A stretch of 64,000 nucleotides of DNA from a virus, in IMG/VR virus record IMGVR_UViG_3300033048_000096; one strand, given 5' to 3'. Shown here piece by piece: positions 18,435 to 28,745 of this stretch; position 1 is the first letter of the stretch, and every line of letters starts with the position of its first letter. The notes beneath the pieces are model-generated. The model was not told the DNA's origin. It searched no databases and saw only the letters and a list, made by a program, of their open reading frames with translations. The position numbers and the translations under genes were made by a program.

Positions 18435-19238
18435 TTATTTTGGCGAATTATTATCTCGAATTTTTTTATTTTCTTTTATTGCTGCCTCTAAAATCTCTGA
18501 CGGAGAATTCTTTTCCTTCATATACTTAAGTAGTGCCTCGGTATCTTTTAAAAAGCAATTCCCGCCCCAACCGTACCTTCCATCCGGACCCGGGACTGAC
18601 AAGTGATTGGGAGAAATCCATTTGTTACCTACCATCATCTCCGTTACCAAATTATAATCTATTGACAATTCGCTGCATAATGATGAGAACTCATTCGCGA
18701 TGCCAACTTTTATCGCGTAAAAGTTATTGCAAAATAACTTCATAGTCTCTGACTCGACAGATGAACAAAAAGAATGCCTTGCATCAGGATAAAGCCCCTC
18801 GTATAAGTTTGCCAAAGAATCACGCATTCTTTGCGGAACATTATTAGTGAACCCCATAACTATATGAGATTGATTATTGAAGTCCTCTAAGGCGGTCCTT
18901 TCTGTTAGGAATTCTGGATTATGACATATGAACAATCCTAGCTCTGCCGACAATTTCTTACAAGTCTCAGGCTCGACAGTGCTCTTAACTACGACCAAAC
19001 CTTTATAATCATTTTTTGACAACTTAATACATGTCTCGTTTATTGACGTCAAATCATAACCATGATTTTCTACATATAAGGTTGGTAAACATAAAAATAC
19101 AATATCCGAATATAATATATCCTCAAATTTTCCTATGCTCTTATACTTATCAAAACCTGATATATCTTGACCCTTAGCGTAAAAGCTACTGTAAAGAGCC
19201 CCTCCAACAAAACCCATGCCCACAACACCTACTCTCAT
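18435..19238 (-). CDS. ugd: UDP-glucose/GDP-mannose dehydrogenase family protein, short form lacking the C-terminal domain
   Basis: GVVGMGFVG, LCLPT, VKSTV, NPEFL, MKLFCN, GWGGNCFLKD (catalytic Cys); about 267 aa; AGGAG RBS before 19238. Confidence 0.85.
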   Translation of the reverse strand: MRVGVVGMGFVGGALYSSFYAKGQDISGFDKYKSIGKFEDILYSDIVFLCLPTLYVENHGYDLTSINETCIKLSKNDYKGLVVVKSTVEPETCKKLSAELGLFICHNPEFLTERTALEDFNNQSHIVMGFTNNVPQRMRDSLANLYEGLYPDARHSFCSSVESETMKLFCNNFYAIKVGIANEFSSLCSELSIDYNLVTEMMVGNKWISPNHLSVPGPDGRYGWGGNCFLKDTEALLKYMKEKNSPSEILEAAIKENKKIRDNNSPK

Positions 19239-19248
19239 TGCAAAACTC

Positions 19249-20187
19249 CTATTTAACTGTGTAGAACCGCTCAAACTCTTTCATTATTGCTTTTACGCAT
19301 TCTTTTTTAATATGCCTATTATCCCCGGCATAAGGGTCCCGATGCAGTTCTTTAACAATCTCGTAAGATGGCCAGTAAAATAACTGCCTATTGTTACTGC
19401 CATTATTCTCTCGGTAAAACTCATCTACTGCGGCTCTCAATATCGACTTCGATACACAATTTGCCGTTATACATGATTCCGGCCTAAATGTGGCTACCAA
19501 TGGTACCGGAGATATCGTGAATATTATCTTTGACTTAGGATTATACTTTTTTATCGTATCATATATGTATTGTATATTGCTCTTGTTTTCCGCAAATGTT
19601 GACACCTTAAATGCGTGTATATTTGGGTCGAATTGTGACTCAGGAATTGCTCTCCAAAAAACACCTCCAGTCTGCTTGTTATACCAGACCTCACTCAACC
19701 CCAATGTTATTATGAATATTTTAGCTATACCAAAAGCTTTTAATGTTTCATTTCTTATCTTCTTATTTCTTGTTATTATATTTTTACTACTGTCATGCCA
19801 CGTCTCTTCCGCGAATACCTTCCCATCATAAACCCACTCAAAAAGTTGCCTGACGGCGAATGTATTATTCACTCCCGCTCTGAAGTCAATAATACCTCTT
19901 CCCTGATCAGAGGCTATCGTATATCCCTTAGCTGACAAGTATCCAGTTATGTGTTCCGCGAAGCAACTTCCGAATGCAATTACAGGCGTTTTTTTAGTTA
20001 GAAAAGGCTTTGCGGGAACCCAGCCCTTTAGAATGTATTTGCTCGCTGCATCCGCATCTTTTAAGTTTACTTTGTTTGGATTAAAATTACAATGCTTTCC
20101 TCTGTACCAACTCTTATCGGCGCTTCCTTTTATGTTATCTTTCTCGTAATAAATCTTTCCGCCTTTACGCTTTATATCATTCGGCAT
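19249..20187 (-). CDS. GSCFA-domain protein (SGNH-hydrolase-like)
   Basis: AFGSCFAEH, IITLGLSEVW, FTISPVPL, SKSILR, YWPSYEI, DNRH. Confidence 0.88.
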   Translation of the reverse strand: MPNDIKRKGGKIYYEKDNIKGSADKSWYRGKHCNFNPNKVNLKDADAASKYILKGWVPAKPFLTKKTPVIAFGSCFAEHITGYLSAKGYTIASDQGRGIIDFRAGVNNTFAVRQLFEWVYDGKVFAEETWHDSSKNIITRNKKIRNETLKAFGIAKIFIITLGLSEVWYNKQTGGVFWRAIPESQFDPNIHAFKVSTFAENKSNIQYIYDTIKKYNPKSKIIFTISPVPLVATFRPESCITANCVSKSILRAAVDEFYRENNGSNNRQLFYWPSYEIVKELHRDPYAGDNRHIKKECVKAIMKEFERFYTVK

Positions 20188-20980
20188 CTTTCAATCTCCT
20201 CTTCATCAAACCCCTGAATCTATGTTTAAGCTCTGATTCGGATACCTCATCTTTCTTAAATGCAAACCTATTTCCCCACATCATTAAACTTAATGACTCA
20301 GCTTCGCTAAATTTTTTATTCTTCTTTAATGGTTCAAAATTTTCCAATAGCCACTCAAACATTTCTTTCTTTTTCCAGTCAAAAAATCCTGCATTGGACC
20401 AAAAAAATAAATGTCCACCAGGCTTTAGTGTTCTATAAAATTCTGGAAAAAACTTATCATACTGTCCCCAGCCTGCAATCCTTGATGCTACAATTAAATC
20501 TACTGACTCATCCTTAATGTATCTTAATGGCTCAGGAAACATATATAATTCACTCTTGCCTTCTTCTGTCCTAACTCTCTTAACATCTATATTCAATAGA
20601 TAATCTGCTTCATACATTTCTGAGGCAGCAAACAGAACACCCTCAAGTGAATCAGCCCCTATATAAGTTATATCGCTCGAATGTTTTTTTACCGTATGAG
20701 ATGCGTGGGCCAGAGCGCATCCAAAATCAAGTAACACTCCATCTCTCATGTTTAATTTCTTTAACACATGATCATACTGATAAATTACACCACCCCTAGG
20801 CTCCCCTTTATTTCTATCATATTTTTTAAAATACGTAGGCCACTCAAATTTAAAAGTTTCAAGGTTAAAAGTTTCGCAAGTCTCTTTGGTTACATTAATT
20901 ATGTTATTATGAACATTAGGGCATTTATCGCATAAAATACCACTTAATGGATTATTCTTACACTCCGGGCAAATTATCAT
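20177..20980 (-). CDS. class I SAM-dependent methyltransferase with N-terminal Zn knuckle
   Basis: CPEC...CDKC, LLDFGCA, IGAD, DESVDLI, RTLKPGG. Confidence 0.8.
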   Translation of the reverse strand: MIICPECKNNPLSGILCDKCPNVHNNIINVTKETCETFNLETFKFEWPTYFKKYDRNKGEPRGGVIYQYDHVLKKLNMRDGVLLDFGCALAHASHTVKKHSSDITYIGADSLEGVLFAASEMYEADYLLNIDVKRVRTEEGKSELYMFPEPLRYIKDESVDLIVASRIAGWGQYDKFFPEFYRTLKPGGHLFFWSNAGFFDWKKKEMFEWLLENFEPLKKNKKFSEAESLSLMMWGNRFAFKKDEVSESELKHRFRGLMKRRLKDAE

Positions 20981-20984
20981 TCAA

Positions 20985-21749
20985 TCACCTTATACTTCCG
21001 AATATTTCATCTGATAGCTTATTTAGCTTAGGGTTATCTTTGAAAATCTTATTATACTTCTTGTTGTCAGAAAAAGCTTTCCACCTTTCCAGAACCCGCA
21101 TGTCTGTCGCTGCGCCTTTCTTGCTTAGCTTATCAAAGCTGCTCCCTCCGCCATATCTGGGTACCACTAACTTATTTTTATCTGTAAATTCTAGCTCGAA
21201 GTTTTCTGACAGAGAACGTCTGTATTCTTCATTCGAAAACCATTCGTTGTAATTAATCATTATCGTCCCCTCTGGTAGGATCGATGTTTTCCCCATAAAT
21301 TCATTCGCATGCTGCAGCCATAAGTTTACAGCCTTCTTACCTATCCACCTTTCACGATTACTATTTGCATTCCTAGCCATTTTAAGTCTGCTCGCAAATA
21401 AATTATGAGGATCTCTTAGTATTAATACATTTAAAGTTCTTTCGCTAATTCCCCGAGGGTAATTCGTGTGCTGACTTATTTTCTTGTCTATCGTTCTTAG
21501 ATATTCTTCCTCAAAGTTAACAAGCAAACACTCCTTCTTTATGAATTTGCCTAACCTATCAGCCTTAGCGTCACCTTCCGAAATATTTCTATATACAGCC
21601 TGCTTTTTCATATCTCTTAATCTTGAAAAATCATTAATAAAACAAACGGGACCTTCGAAGTGCCCCAGCACCCATTCCATCACAGCATGATGTCCGCTTC
21701 TCTGCATAGCAAAAACTCTTATTTCGTAATCATTAATAATATCAGACAT
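20985..21749 (-). CDS. sulfotransferase-fold protein
   Basis: AMQRSGHHA (5'-PSB-like loop), LRDPHNLFAS (3'-PB-like), INYNEW, ERWK. Confidence 0.65.
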   Translation of the reverse strand: MSDIINDYEIRVFAMQRSGHHAVMEWVLGHFEGPVCFINDFSRLRDMKKQAVYRNISEGDAKADRLGKFIKKECLLVNFEEEYLRTIDKKISQHTNYPRGISERTLNVLILRDPHNLFASRLKMARNANSNRERWIGKKAVNLWLQHANEFMGKTSILPEGTIMINYNEWFSNEEYRRSLSENFELEFTDKNKLVVPRYGGGSSFDKLSKKGAATDMRVLERWKAFSDNKKYNKIFKDNPKLNKLSDEIFGSIR

Positions 21750-22929
21750 CTTCCAAACCTTTATAAATCCTTTCGGCCGCTTTCATCCAGGAATTATTTA
21801 AAATTAACTTTTCCCTACTAGAGTTGTTTTTATAAGTAGTTAGATCTAGCTTTAGCTGATTATATATATTGATGTAATCACTGTCAAATATCGTATAATC
21901 CATGTAGGACCTCAATAAATCCTCTTTTATAAATGACCCATTAAATCTACCAACTGCCACATTTTTATACTCTCCTAATGATTCCTTACCTTTTCCTTGC
22001 GAACCCCATATTATAAATTTATCTTTTCCTCTCGGTATATAAAGCTTGCATCCCGCCATCAAAGCTTCTATTCCTGTCAAGCCGCAACTCTCGACATGGG
22101 TTACTCCAAATACATGAGAGTGACTTAAGCATTCTGCGATCTGAAATATATTACATCCCTCGCCATTCTCAATTCCTCTGTCATTATCATAATCAGATTC
22201 CCACCATCTTAATGCTAAATCGTGAGTCCATGAATCGCTATCAAAGTTGTAAAACTCAAACCCCGCCTTTAGTCTGCATAAGTTTATATTCTTATTTGGG
22301 TATTGCTCCTTAAGCTTTAATATAGCCTTTAGATATAGTCCTGTAACATCCGTTCTAAAATCTTGTATAGCTGCGTGATCGATTACTATATTAAATGACT
22401 CATTATCAACCTTAGACTTGAATAACTTGTGGTCAGCGCACCATCCCATGTATACAGGCTTTATCGCTTTATTGTTAGAGCCACTTTTGATAGCTTGAGC
22501 GTGACGTAATGATGGAATCTTCTTTGCTATAAATAAAAAATCTTCGTTGTATTTCTGAACACCATAATGGTCATGAATTGAACATAGTTTTACATCAGGG
22601 TATCTTTCTCTGATATCATTTATTTTTTCTATCTGAAGCTTGGCGAAACCTCTCTGTATGGTGGTTAAGCAATAATCAATTTCATCACCGCGTTCCTTGA
22701 GATGCTTTATTATCATCGCAAGCTTTGCTCGACGCCTCTTCTTAGTGCCAAACTCTTTCTTCTTAAGCTCCTCAACCCACTCAGGGTTGTCTAAGAGATC
22801 GGATGTTTTGTTAATATCATAATATTTTTTTAAATATTTCGCCAGAAAAAACGAACATACATTTGCGTGCGTATTTACGTTCTTGTGGCTCGATGGTGTC
22901 GGGTATATCAACATCTTTTTCTTATCCAT
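21742..22929 (-). CDS. divergent GT-B glycosyltransferase-like protein
   Basis: THVESCGLTGIEALMAG E-x7-E motif and terminal NSWMKAAERI helix. Confidence 0.6.
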   Translation of the reverse strand: MDKKKMLIYPTPSSHKNVNTHANVCSFFLAKYLKKYYDINKTSDLLDNPEWVEELKKKEFGTKKRRRAKLAMIIKHLKERGDEIDYCLTTIQRGFAKLQIEKINDIRERYPDVKLCSIHDHYGVQKYNEDFLFIAKKIPSLRHAQAIKSGSNNKAIKPVYMGWCADHKLFKSKVDNESFNIVIDHAAIQDFRTDVTGLYLKAILKLKEQYPNKNINLCRLKAGFEFYNFDSDSWTHDLALRWWESDYDNDRGIENGEGCNIFQIAECLSHSHVFGVTHVESCGLTGIEALMAGCKLYIPRGKDKFIIWGSQGKGKESLGEYKNVAVGRFNGSFIKEDLLRSYMDYTIFDSDYINIYNQLKLDLTTYKNNSSREKLILNNSWMKAAERIYKGLEDV

Positions 22930-23480
22930 TATTTTGCTCCTGTAAGGAAATCATACTCAAAATATTCTATATCATCTTTATACTTAATTCTAACTACTTC
23001 TTCTAACTTCTTATCATACAATTCAGAATAATGAATATGCTTCGATTTGTTTTTATGAGGCAATACTTTTTTTATTCCCAACTCTTTGCATATATGAATC
23101 CAATCGTTTTCGTAATTCTCAAATCTACCAACGAAGTCTATATTATATTTTGATCCACTTTTTATCCAAAGAACTTGAGACTGAGTCGGACTTTCGTTGG
23201 GCTCAAAATTTCTGACAAAGGAGTTAAACGATGGCATCTGCACTTTTAATATCTGCTTCCTGCCGTGATAGATCGAAACGAGCCGATCCCAAGGGTTCCG
23301 GCAAAACATGAATTTAAAATAATCACGAGTCTTGTCAGGATATAAACTCTCGTACTCTACTATCGTTCGATGATCAGCGCTGCCAGGAATGGGCGTGACA
23401 TCCCATAATGCACTCTCAATGCTTTTACCGCCGCATTTATTTGGGTGTAAAAATATACATTTCAATTCGTCAGATATCAT
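22929..23480 (-). CDS. sulfotransferase family 2 protein
   Basis: IFLHPNKCGGKSI, RNPWDRLVSIY, DFVGRFEN, YKDDIEYFEY. Confidence 0.88.
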   Translation of the reverse strand: MISDELKCIFLHPNKCGGKSIESALWDVTPIPGSADHRTIVEYESLYPDKTRDYFKFMFCRNPWDRLVSIYHGRKQILKVQMPSFNSFVRNFEPNESPTQSQVLWIKSGSKYNIDFVGRFENYENDWIHICKELGIKKVLPHKNKSKHIHYSELYDKKLEEVVRIKYKDDIEYFEYDFLTGAK

Positions 23481-24169
23481 TTAAAGTATCTCCTTATAGG
23501 GGCCTCAGTAAAATGATTCTTAAGCTCCAAGTAATTACTTATCGAATCCTCAACTAATCTTTTATCTAACTTCGTCTCACCTCTTCCACTCTGAAACTCT
23601 ACAGAAACTGACGGCAAGCCTAAAAAGTCAAATATTCTGCCAGTTTCATTCTGCTTATTATTACATAACTCATTATAAAAGATTTTAATACTATCTGTAC
23701 CAATTAAGGATCTTCTCACCTCTTTATGCTTCGTGGCCCACTCATCTTCAAAATTATTTAAATCGTCAATTGATATATGTATTGGCTCAGTTAAGCTTCT
23801 AGCTTCAGAAGCATTACTTAAATATATTCCGTCCGCTTTCTTTTCGTAACAACCATAACGCTTAGCCATCTTCTTTGATAATAAAATCTCAAGCTTATTT
23901 CTTCTAACCAGATATATAATCTTAAGACCACTTCTAAGTGATATAGTCTCATGAAGACCAGTTTTTATCTTCAAAAGAAATCCGTTAGCAATTATGTTTT
24001 TAGACGAATCAAATTCGAACCCAGAATCATAAGCCCACTCTTCGCCATTTTTATTTATATCATAAGTTTGAGAATCTGAATTGCAATTAACATTTGGATG
24101 CGAATTCAAAAGATTCATTAACATGTGACTTCCACTTCTCTGCTGAGATAAAATTACAAAATTAGTCAT
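23477..24169 (-). CDS. Stf0-like sulfotransferase
   Basis: FVILSQQRSGSHML..LLNSHP, IIYLVRRNKLE..LS, IFYNEL, IFDFLG, ISNY.EL. Confidence 0.8.
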   Translation of the reverse strand: MTNFVILSQQRSGSHMLMNLLNSHPNVNCNSDSQTYDINKNGEEWAYDSGFEFDSSKNIIANGFLLKIKTGLHETISLRSGLKIIYLVRRNKLEILLSKKMAKRYGCYEKKADGIYLSNASEARSLTEPIHISIDDLNNFEDEWATKHKEVRRSLIGTDSIKIFYNELCNNKQNETGRIFDFLGLPSVSVEFQSGRGETKLDKRLVEDSISNYLELKNHFTEAPIRRYFK

Positions 24170-24770
24170 CCTTAGTGCTCGTTATTACATAGAATGATCC
24201 GAATGCTTTCTTCGCTTCAAATCCAAATGATTTTATTTCCTCTATTAACCGATCTCTGTCTTCCATTTCGTCACGCCTTATTCCGAAAGTCCTTGAGTCT
24301 ATTATGACATGCTTAAATTTATGAAATGATCTTATTATATCTTCTTTGTTATCCTTGTTAAATGTGGATACAAAATTGAACGTTAGTAAAATATCTGAAT
24401 CAGGAATATCTTCTGGATACCTACCTTTTATTATTCTTACACTCTCTGACTCTTTATACTTTTTCGAAAACATCTTTTTCAGCATTTTGGCCCCACCAAC
24501 TCGATCATCTCTTATCTCAACTCCGCTGCAAGAATAACCGAAAGCCCCCAAAACCAACGGCAACTGAGCAAACCCAGTCCCAGGCTCGCATATTGTTGTG
24601 CTCTTTTCGAAGTTATTCAAAATATACTCTATTATACCCATCTCGTCTGGTGACATCATTGTTCCGCTAATTACTTTTTTTCTGTAATAATTGTCTTCGC
24701 GATTATCTTGTAATACTTTTCTTATAAATTTCAAACCAAATATATTCACTTCAATTAACTTGTCATTCAT
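24162..24770 (-). CDS. putative class I SAM-dependent methyltransferase
   Basis: ICEPGTGFAQL motif I-like, GVE motif II-like. Confidence 0.55.
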   Translation of the reverse strand: MNDKLIEVNIFGLKFIRKVLQDNREDNYYRKKVISGTMMSPDEMGIIEYILNNFEKSTTICEPGTGFAQLPLVLGAFGYSCSGVEIRDDRVGGAKMLKKMFSKKYKESESVRIIKGRYPEDIPDSDILLTFNFVSTFNKDNKEDIIRSFHKFKHVIIDSRTFGIRRDEMEDRDRLIEEIKSFGFEAKKAFGSFYVITSTKDD

Positions 24771-25885
24771 TCCGAAACCTTCCTGTTGTCAAACTTTTTT
24801 ATAATATTATATGCTTGGCTAGCTGTTATACATTTGAAATCAACCCCGGCTTTGTCAGATAATAACATTAACCTTTCAAATGCAGATATAACATTCGGGT
24901 GCGAAAATGGAAATATAATCTCATCCCGATTTATATATTCTTCTGACATTGAATGAGCATATGTCTTTATGAAAATAGCATCACCGATCTTCGGGGATTT
25001 AAATAAAAGATTTTCAATAAATCTATTCGTTTCGGAAAGTTGCTCATTAACCGCTGGTGAATAAAAATCCAAAGAACTTAATGGGTGAGTTAGATCCGAA
25101 TTCCAAATGAAAAATCTATTCTTAACTAACAGATCAGTATTTACACTGACCGGCTTAGCTTCGGATGTCGTGTAATCATAATTTCTCCATATATGTGGAG
25201 TCTTACAACTAAAGGGTTTCTTTATGAATGGATCGCATTTTTTACGCCCAGCGGGGAACGTGAAGTCACCCTTACAGCCATTTCTACGCAGTATGTCTAG
25301 CTCAGCATCAATCCTGCACACACCCCTGTCAGAAGCGTTAAGGCCCCACTTGCCGTGGACGAAAAACCACTGAGAAAAACTTTTACCCGAATGCTTTCTG
25401 AGAAACTCTAAACATAATTTTACATACAGATCAAATCTTTTCTCATCCATCCTCATTGTGCTGTTGTTAATTAAATATTTCTTGACATCCTTGGCATACT
25501 TACCCTCATCAGTTGTTGTAAAGTTTTCATGATGAATGTGAAGCTCTAAATCTAGCTCGGTCTTCGATAATATTCTTTCTATATATGATCCTACTTTGTG
25601 TAACTCTGGGGTTTTATAAAAGCCTAAATCATCACCCTCTACATGACTAAAACTATCGTGACTCTTGTCACCGTTAAATCCAACACCAAAGTTAGGCCTA
25701 AGAAATAATGTCATATTTCTAGAATGTGGATACTTCTTTGATTGAAATATGAATTGATTTATAACGTCACTACTAACGCAAGCACTACCGTCCATTGACA
25801 TGGGCTCAAAATGATCAACATGAATATAATAAATCTTTCTTATATTATTAGACCTTAAATATTTTGCCATAGTTCTTATATTCAC
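24767..25885 (-). CDS. putative metal-dependent carbohydrate deacetylase/hydrolase-like protein
   Basis: VDHFEP, ELHIHH, FFVHGKWGL, DFTFP, KTYAH: His/Asp clusters like NodB-fold enzymes; function inferred. Confidence 0.5.
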   Translation of the reverse strand: MNIRTMAKYLRSNNIRKIYYIHVDHFEPMSMDGSACVSSDVINQFIFQSKKYPHSRNMTLFLRPNFGVGFNGDKSHDSFSHVEGDDLGFYKTPELHKVGSYIERILSKTELDLELHIHHENFTTTDEGKYAKDVKKYLINNSTMRMDEKRFDLYVKLCLEFLRKHSGKSFSQWFFVHGKWGLNASDRGVCRIDAELDILRRNGCKGDFTFPAGRKKCDPFIKKPFSCKTPHIWRNYDYTTSEAKPVSVNTDLLVKNRFFIWNSDLTHPLSSLDFYSPAVNEQLSETNRFIENLLFKSPKIGDAIFIKTYAHSMSEEYINRDEIIFPFSHPNVISAFERLMLLSDKAGVDFKCITASQAYNIIKKFDNRKVSE

Positions 25886-26923
25886 TTAAAATACCTCATT
25901 CAATTGTTTTATCAACTTGTTGTTTCCGAACTTAATTGAATGCTCAATCTTTTTTACCTTCAAATGCATTAACTTCGCTATCCACTCGGATTCATTATAA
26001 ATATCACTGCACACAAACTCGGATGGGTATTGCTCATACCAACCGCAATTCTTAGAAACCAATATATTTGAACCAGACATTATTGCCTCTTTTATTACGT
26101 TAGGAGACGCGTCGTAATATGACGTACATATAACAACCTTGCTATTCTGAATTATCTTAATAACTTCATTCTGGGGAATTAATGACTTTATCGTTATATT
26201 TCTTAATCCCGAAAATGAATTTGAATTTCCACCAATAACAATCTTTCTTGAGTTATAAAAAGATTTATTTCTTAATATCTTTTTAGCTAGAGCAGAATTC
26301 TTAACAGACCGATTAAAATTAGAACATATAAACGCAACATCATACTTCCTGTCTTTAAATGGGATTACATTTTTAATCCTCCTATTAAACGCCAAAGAAG
26401 TATCTATAGGTTTATGAATCTTTCCTAAACTTCCGTAATTCTTTATTAACATGCTTCTTGCTTGGGGACTATTTGGTATAACTAAGTCGGATGCCTTTAT
26501 ACAATTATACTCAGCCTGATGAATTATTCCTCGCCTAGATGACAAATGCCTTATTGATGATATCTTATTTTTTGACAACTCTGTCATCTGAGGAGAACCC
26601 GTAACCAGATAAATTATCTTTACATTAGGAAAAATGGACTTTGAATGTATCGGGGCTGCGTAATTTTTACCCATTATAACATCCGGACGGCCTCCTAAAT
26701 GCCTCATCACTACCTTTCTGATTATATTTGGATTGCCTTCTGACGGATCAAATCGCCAAATGCCGCCAATCTTGTCAGGATCGACATTCACCCTCTGACT
26801 CTCGAAGAAAATTCCAGCAACATCATGACCATGATTCCTTAAGTACTTGATTAGGGCAAGTGCATTGGTCGCCGCACCACCGTAGTATGGCCACTGCGTA
26901 CTGGTTATTATTATTTTACTCAC
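25886..26923 (-). CDS. GT-B (GT4-like) glycosyltransferase
   Basis: PYYGGA..GHDV N-terminus, VIPNS, TSYYDASPNVIKEAIMSG. Confidence 0.8.
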   Translation of the reverse strand: MSKIIITSTQWPYYGGAATNALALIKYLRNHGHDVAGIFFESQRVNVDPDKIGGIWRFDPSEGNPNIIRKVVMRHLGGRPDVIMGKNYAAPIHSKSIFPNVKIIYLVTGSPQMTELSKNKISSIRHLSSRRGIIHQAEYNCIKASDLVIPNSPQARSMLIKNYGSLGKIHKPIDTSLAFNRRIKNVIPFKDRKYDVAFICSNFNRSVKNSALAKKILRNKSFYNSRKIVIGGNSNSFSGLRNITIKSLIPQNEVIKIIQNSKVVICTSYYDASPNVIKEAIMSGSNILVSKNCGWYEQYPSEFVCSDIYNESEWIAKLMHLKVKKIEHSIKFGNNKLIKQLNEVF

Positions 26924-26940
26924 TCTAATACTCCATTATA

Positions 26941-27822
26941 TCAAACATTAAGTAGGCCCAAAAATGGAACGAAAGCTTTGGCTCTTTTGTTCCATGACCA
27001 ACTCTTAACAATCCGTCCCCTCAAATATTTACCATCAGAGTCAATTTTTATAGGATTTTTTGAGTTATAAATTATCGCATCTCTAAGCTGAGCTTTATTG
27101 CTAACTATATGTATATCCCTATTACCACCAACTAACTCAGGGACATTACCTACCTTGGTTGATATTATAGATCTTCCGCATGATGCAGCCTCCAGTATTG
27201 GGTTTGGTGTTCCCTCCGAAGAGCTGAAGCAAATTACCGTCCCTACCGAGTTGTAAAAACTAACCATCTGCTTTCGGCTAAGACCAGAGCCCGCCTTTGC
27301 TGTTTTTAGAATATACTTCGGACCTAACTTCTTAAAGGTTGAACTAATAACATTAAATCTCTTAACATCTCTGCTATGATTCCCGACCCACCCAAATACA
27401 TTCTTGTGCCTACCGGGGGAGTTTTTACTAACAAATAGATCACTATTAACTCCAAATGATGTATTAAAAACCTTGCCCTTGTAGATCGGCCTAAACTCAT
27501 TATATAATATCTCACTGGAGGTACTTATTGCGTCATACTTATTCAGTAGGCTTGACATTGTTTTTGCGTTTCCCCTACCTATATGACTTGATATAGTTGT
27601 CACCAGTCTATACTTTCGGTTCGAGCTTATAGAACCCTTAATGTATCCGTGAATTGGCCAGTTTAATGAGTAAACTATGTCAAAGTTATTAAAGTTAATG
27701 CTAGGGGTATCATTAAAATGTTTTATAATTACCTCATGAGACTTTAATTGTTTTTTTAAATTTTTTGCACGATTGAATAACGCCCAACTGTAACTATCAA
27801 CTATGCATAATATTTTTGACAC
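26941..27822 (-). CDS. GT4 glycosyltransferase
   Basis: FGV, GWVG, SSSEGTPNPILEAASCG...STKVG, WSW. Confidence 0.88.
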   Translation of the reverse strand: MSKILCIVDSYSWALFNRAKNLKKQLKSHEVIIKHFNDTPSINFNNFDIVYSLNWPIHGYIKGSISSNRKYRLVTTISSHIGRGNAKTMSSLLNKYDAISTSSEILYNEFRPIYKGKVFNTSFGVNSDLFVSKNSPGRHKNVFGWVGNHSRDVKRFNVISSTFKKLGPKYILKTAKAGSGLSRKQMVSFYNSVGTVICFSSSEGTPNPILEAASCGRSIISTKVGNVPELVGGNRDIHIVSNKAQLRDAIIYNSKNPIKIDSDGKYLRGRIVKSWSWNKRAKAFVPFLGLLNV

Positions 27823-28745
27823 TATAAGCTACCCAATACATGTTCCCACCGACTAAGATAATCATCTATATGAAAATGCTTGATTGCAGCCTCTCTAGCT
27901 GCTTTTCCGAAATCCTCTGCTCTTTTCGGCTCCTTAAGTAACCTTCGCATAATTCTAATTAACTCTCCGGAGTCATTACTTAAAAATCCACTTTTGCCAT
28001 TAACTATGTATCTTCCTATATCAAAATTATTTGTAGACACTATTGGGCATCCGCACATCATAGCTTCAGCCCTTGTTCTTGGCATCGCAGAAGATTGAGT
28101 TGTATTAAAATATAAACTATACTTGTTGTAACTGGCTATCAAATCATCTAAGCTTTTAGCCTGCCTGTCGGTCCTGTACATATCTAGGTTTCCATGACCA
28201 ATGACATCAAGATTCTTCATCTTTCTCCTGACAGAAAGCCATAAGGGGTATCCCATTATCTTTGCCCGGCCCTTAAAGACATTAGCTACGGTTAGGACCC
28301 GGCCATTCTTCTCTAACCCTGTTGGTCTGAATTCATTCGGGTCATATCCATGAACGATGTACTTATGAGATTTGCCAGGGTACATATCTTTGCATGCATT
28401 CATTACGTCAACCGAATTCCATATAACATGTTTACATTCTTTCGGCAATCTAAATCCATTAGTAGTTTGCATTATAGCTATAGGAACTGCACCATTTTTT
28501 ATAAAACTAATATATCTTCTTGAATCAATCGGAGACCTTATTATCACCACATCAAATTTGATTTTGTTAGCTATCATATCAGTTGTTAGTGTAATATTAT
28601 CATGAAGAGGTCTGTGTAGAGCGTTCCATTTTGACTTACTCTTTCTAATGCCAGAGATATGAAAGTCGTGATCTAACTTGGAAAACTCATACTGCATTCC
28701 TTGGTGTACATACCAGTCCATTATTTTTAAACGCTTTTTACTCAT
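27822..28745 (-). CDS. GT4-like glycosyltransferase
   Basis: HGYD, YFNTTQSSAMPRTRAEAMMCGCPIVST, NGKSGF. Confidence 0.85.
   Translation of the reverse strand: MSKKRLKIMDWYVHQGMQYEFSKLDHDFHISGIRKSKSKWNALHRPLHDNITLTTDMIANKIKFDVVIIRSPIDSRRYISFIKNGAVPIAIMQTTNGFRLPKECKHVIWNSVDVMNACKDMYPGKSHKYIVHGYDPNEFRPTGLEKNGRVLTVANVFKGRAKIMGYPLWLSVRRKMKNLDVIGHGNLDMYRTDRQAKSLDDLIASYNKYSLYFNTTQSSAMPRTRAEAMMCGCPIVSTNNFDIGRYIVNGKSGFLSNDSGELIRIMRRLLKEPKRAEDFGKAAREAAIKHFHIDDYLSRWEHVLGSL

Noticed and set aside
26935-26943. TGATATAAT perfect extended -10 overlapping a stop codon
   Set aside because: It lies immediately before the GGAG RBS, so a transcript would start downstream of most of the RBS. Probably chance in AT-rich DNA, though a near-leaderless promoter cannot be excluded.
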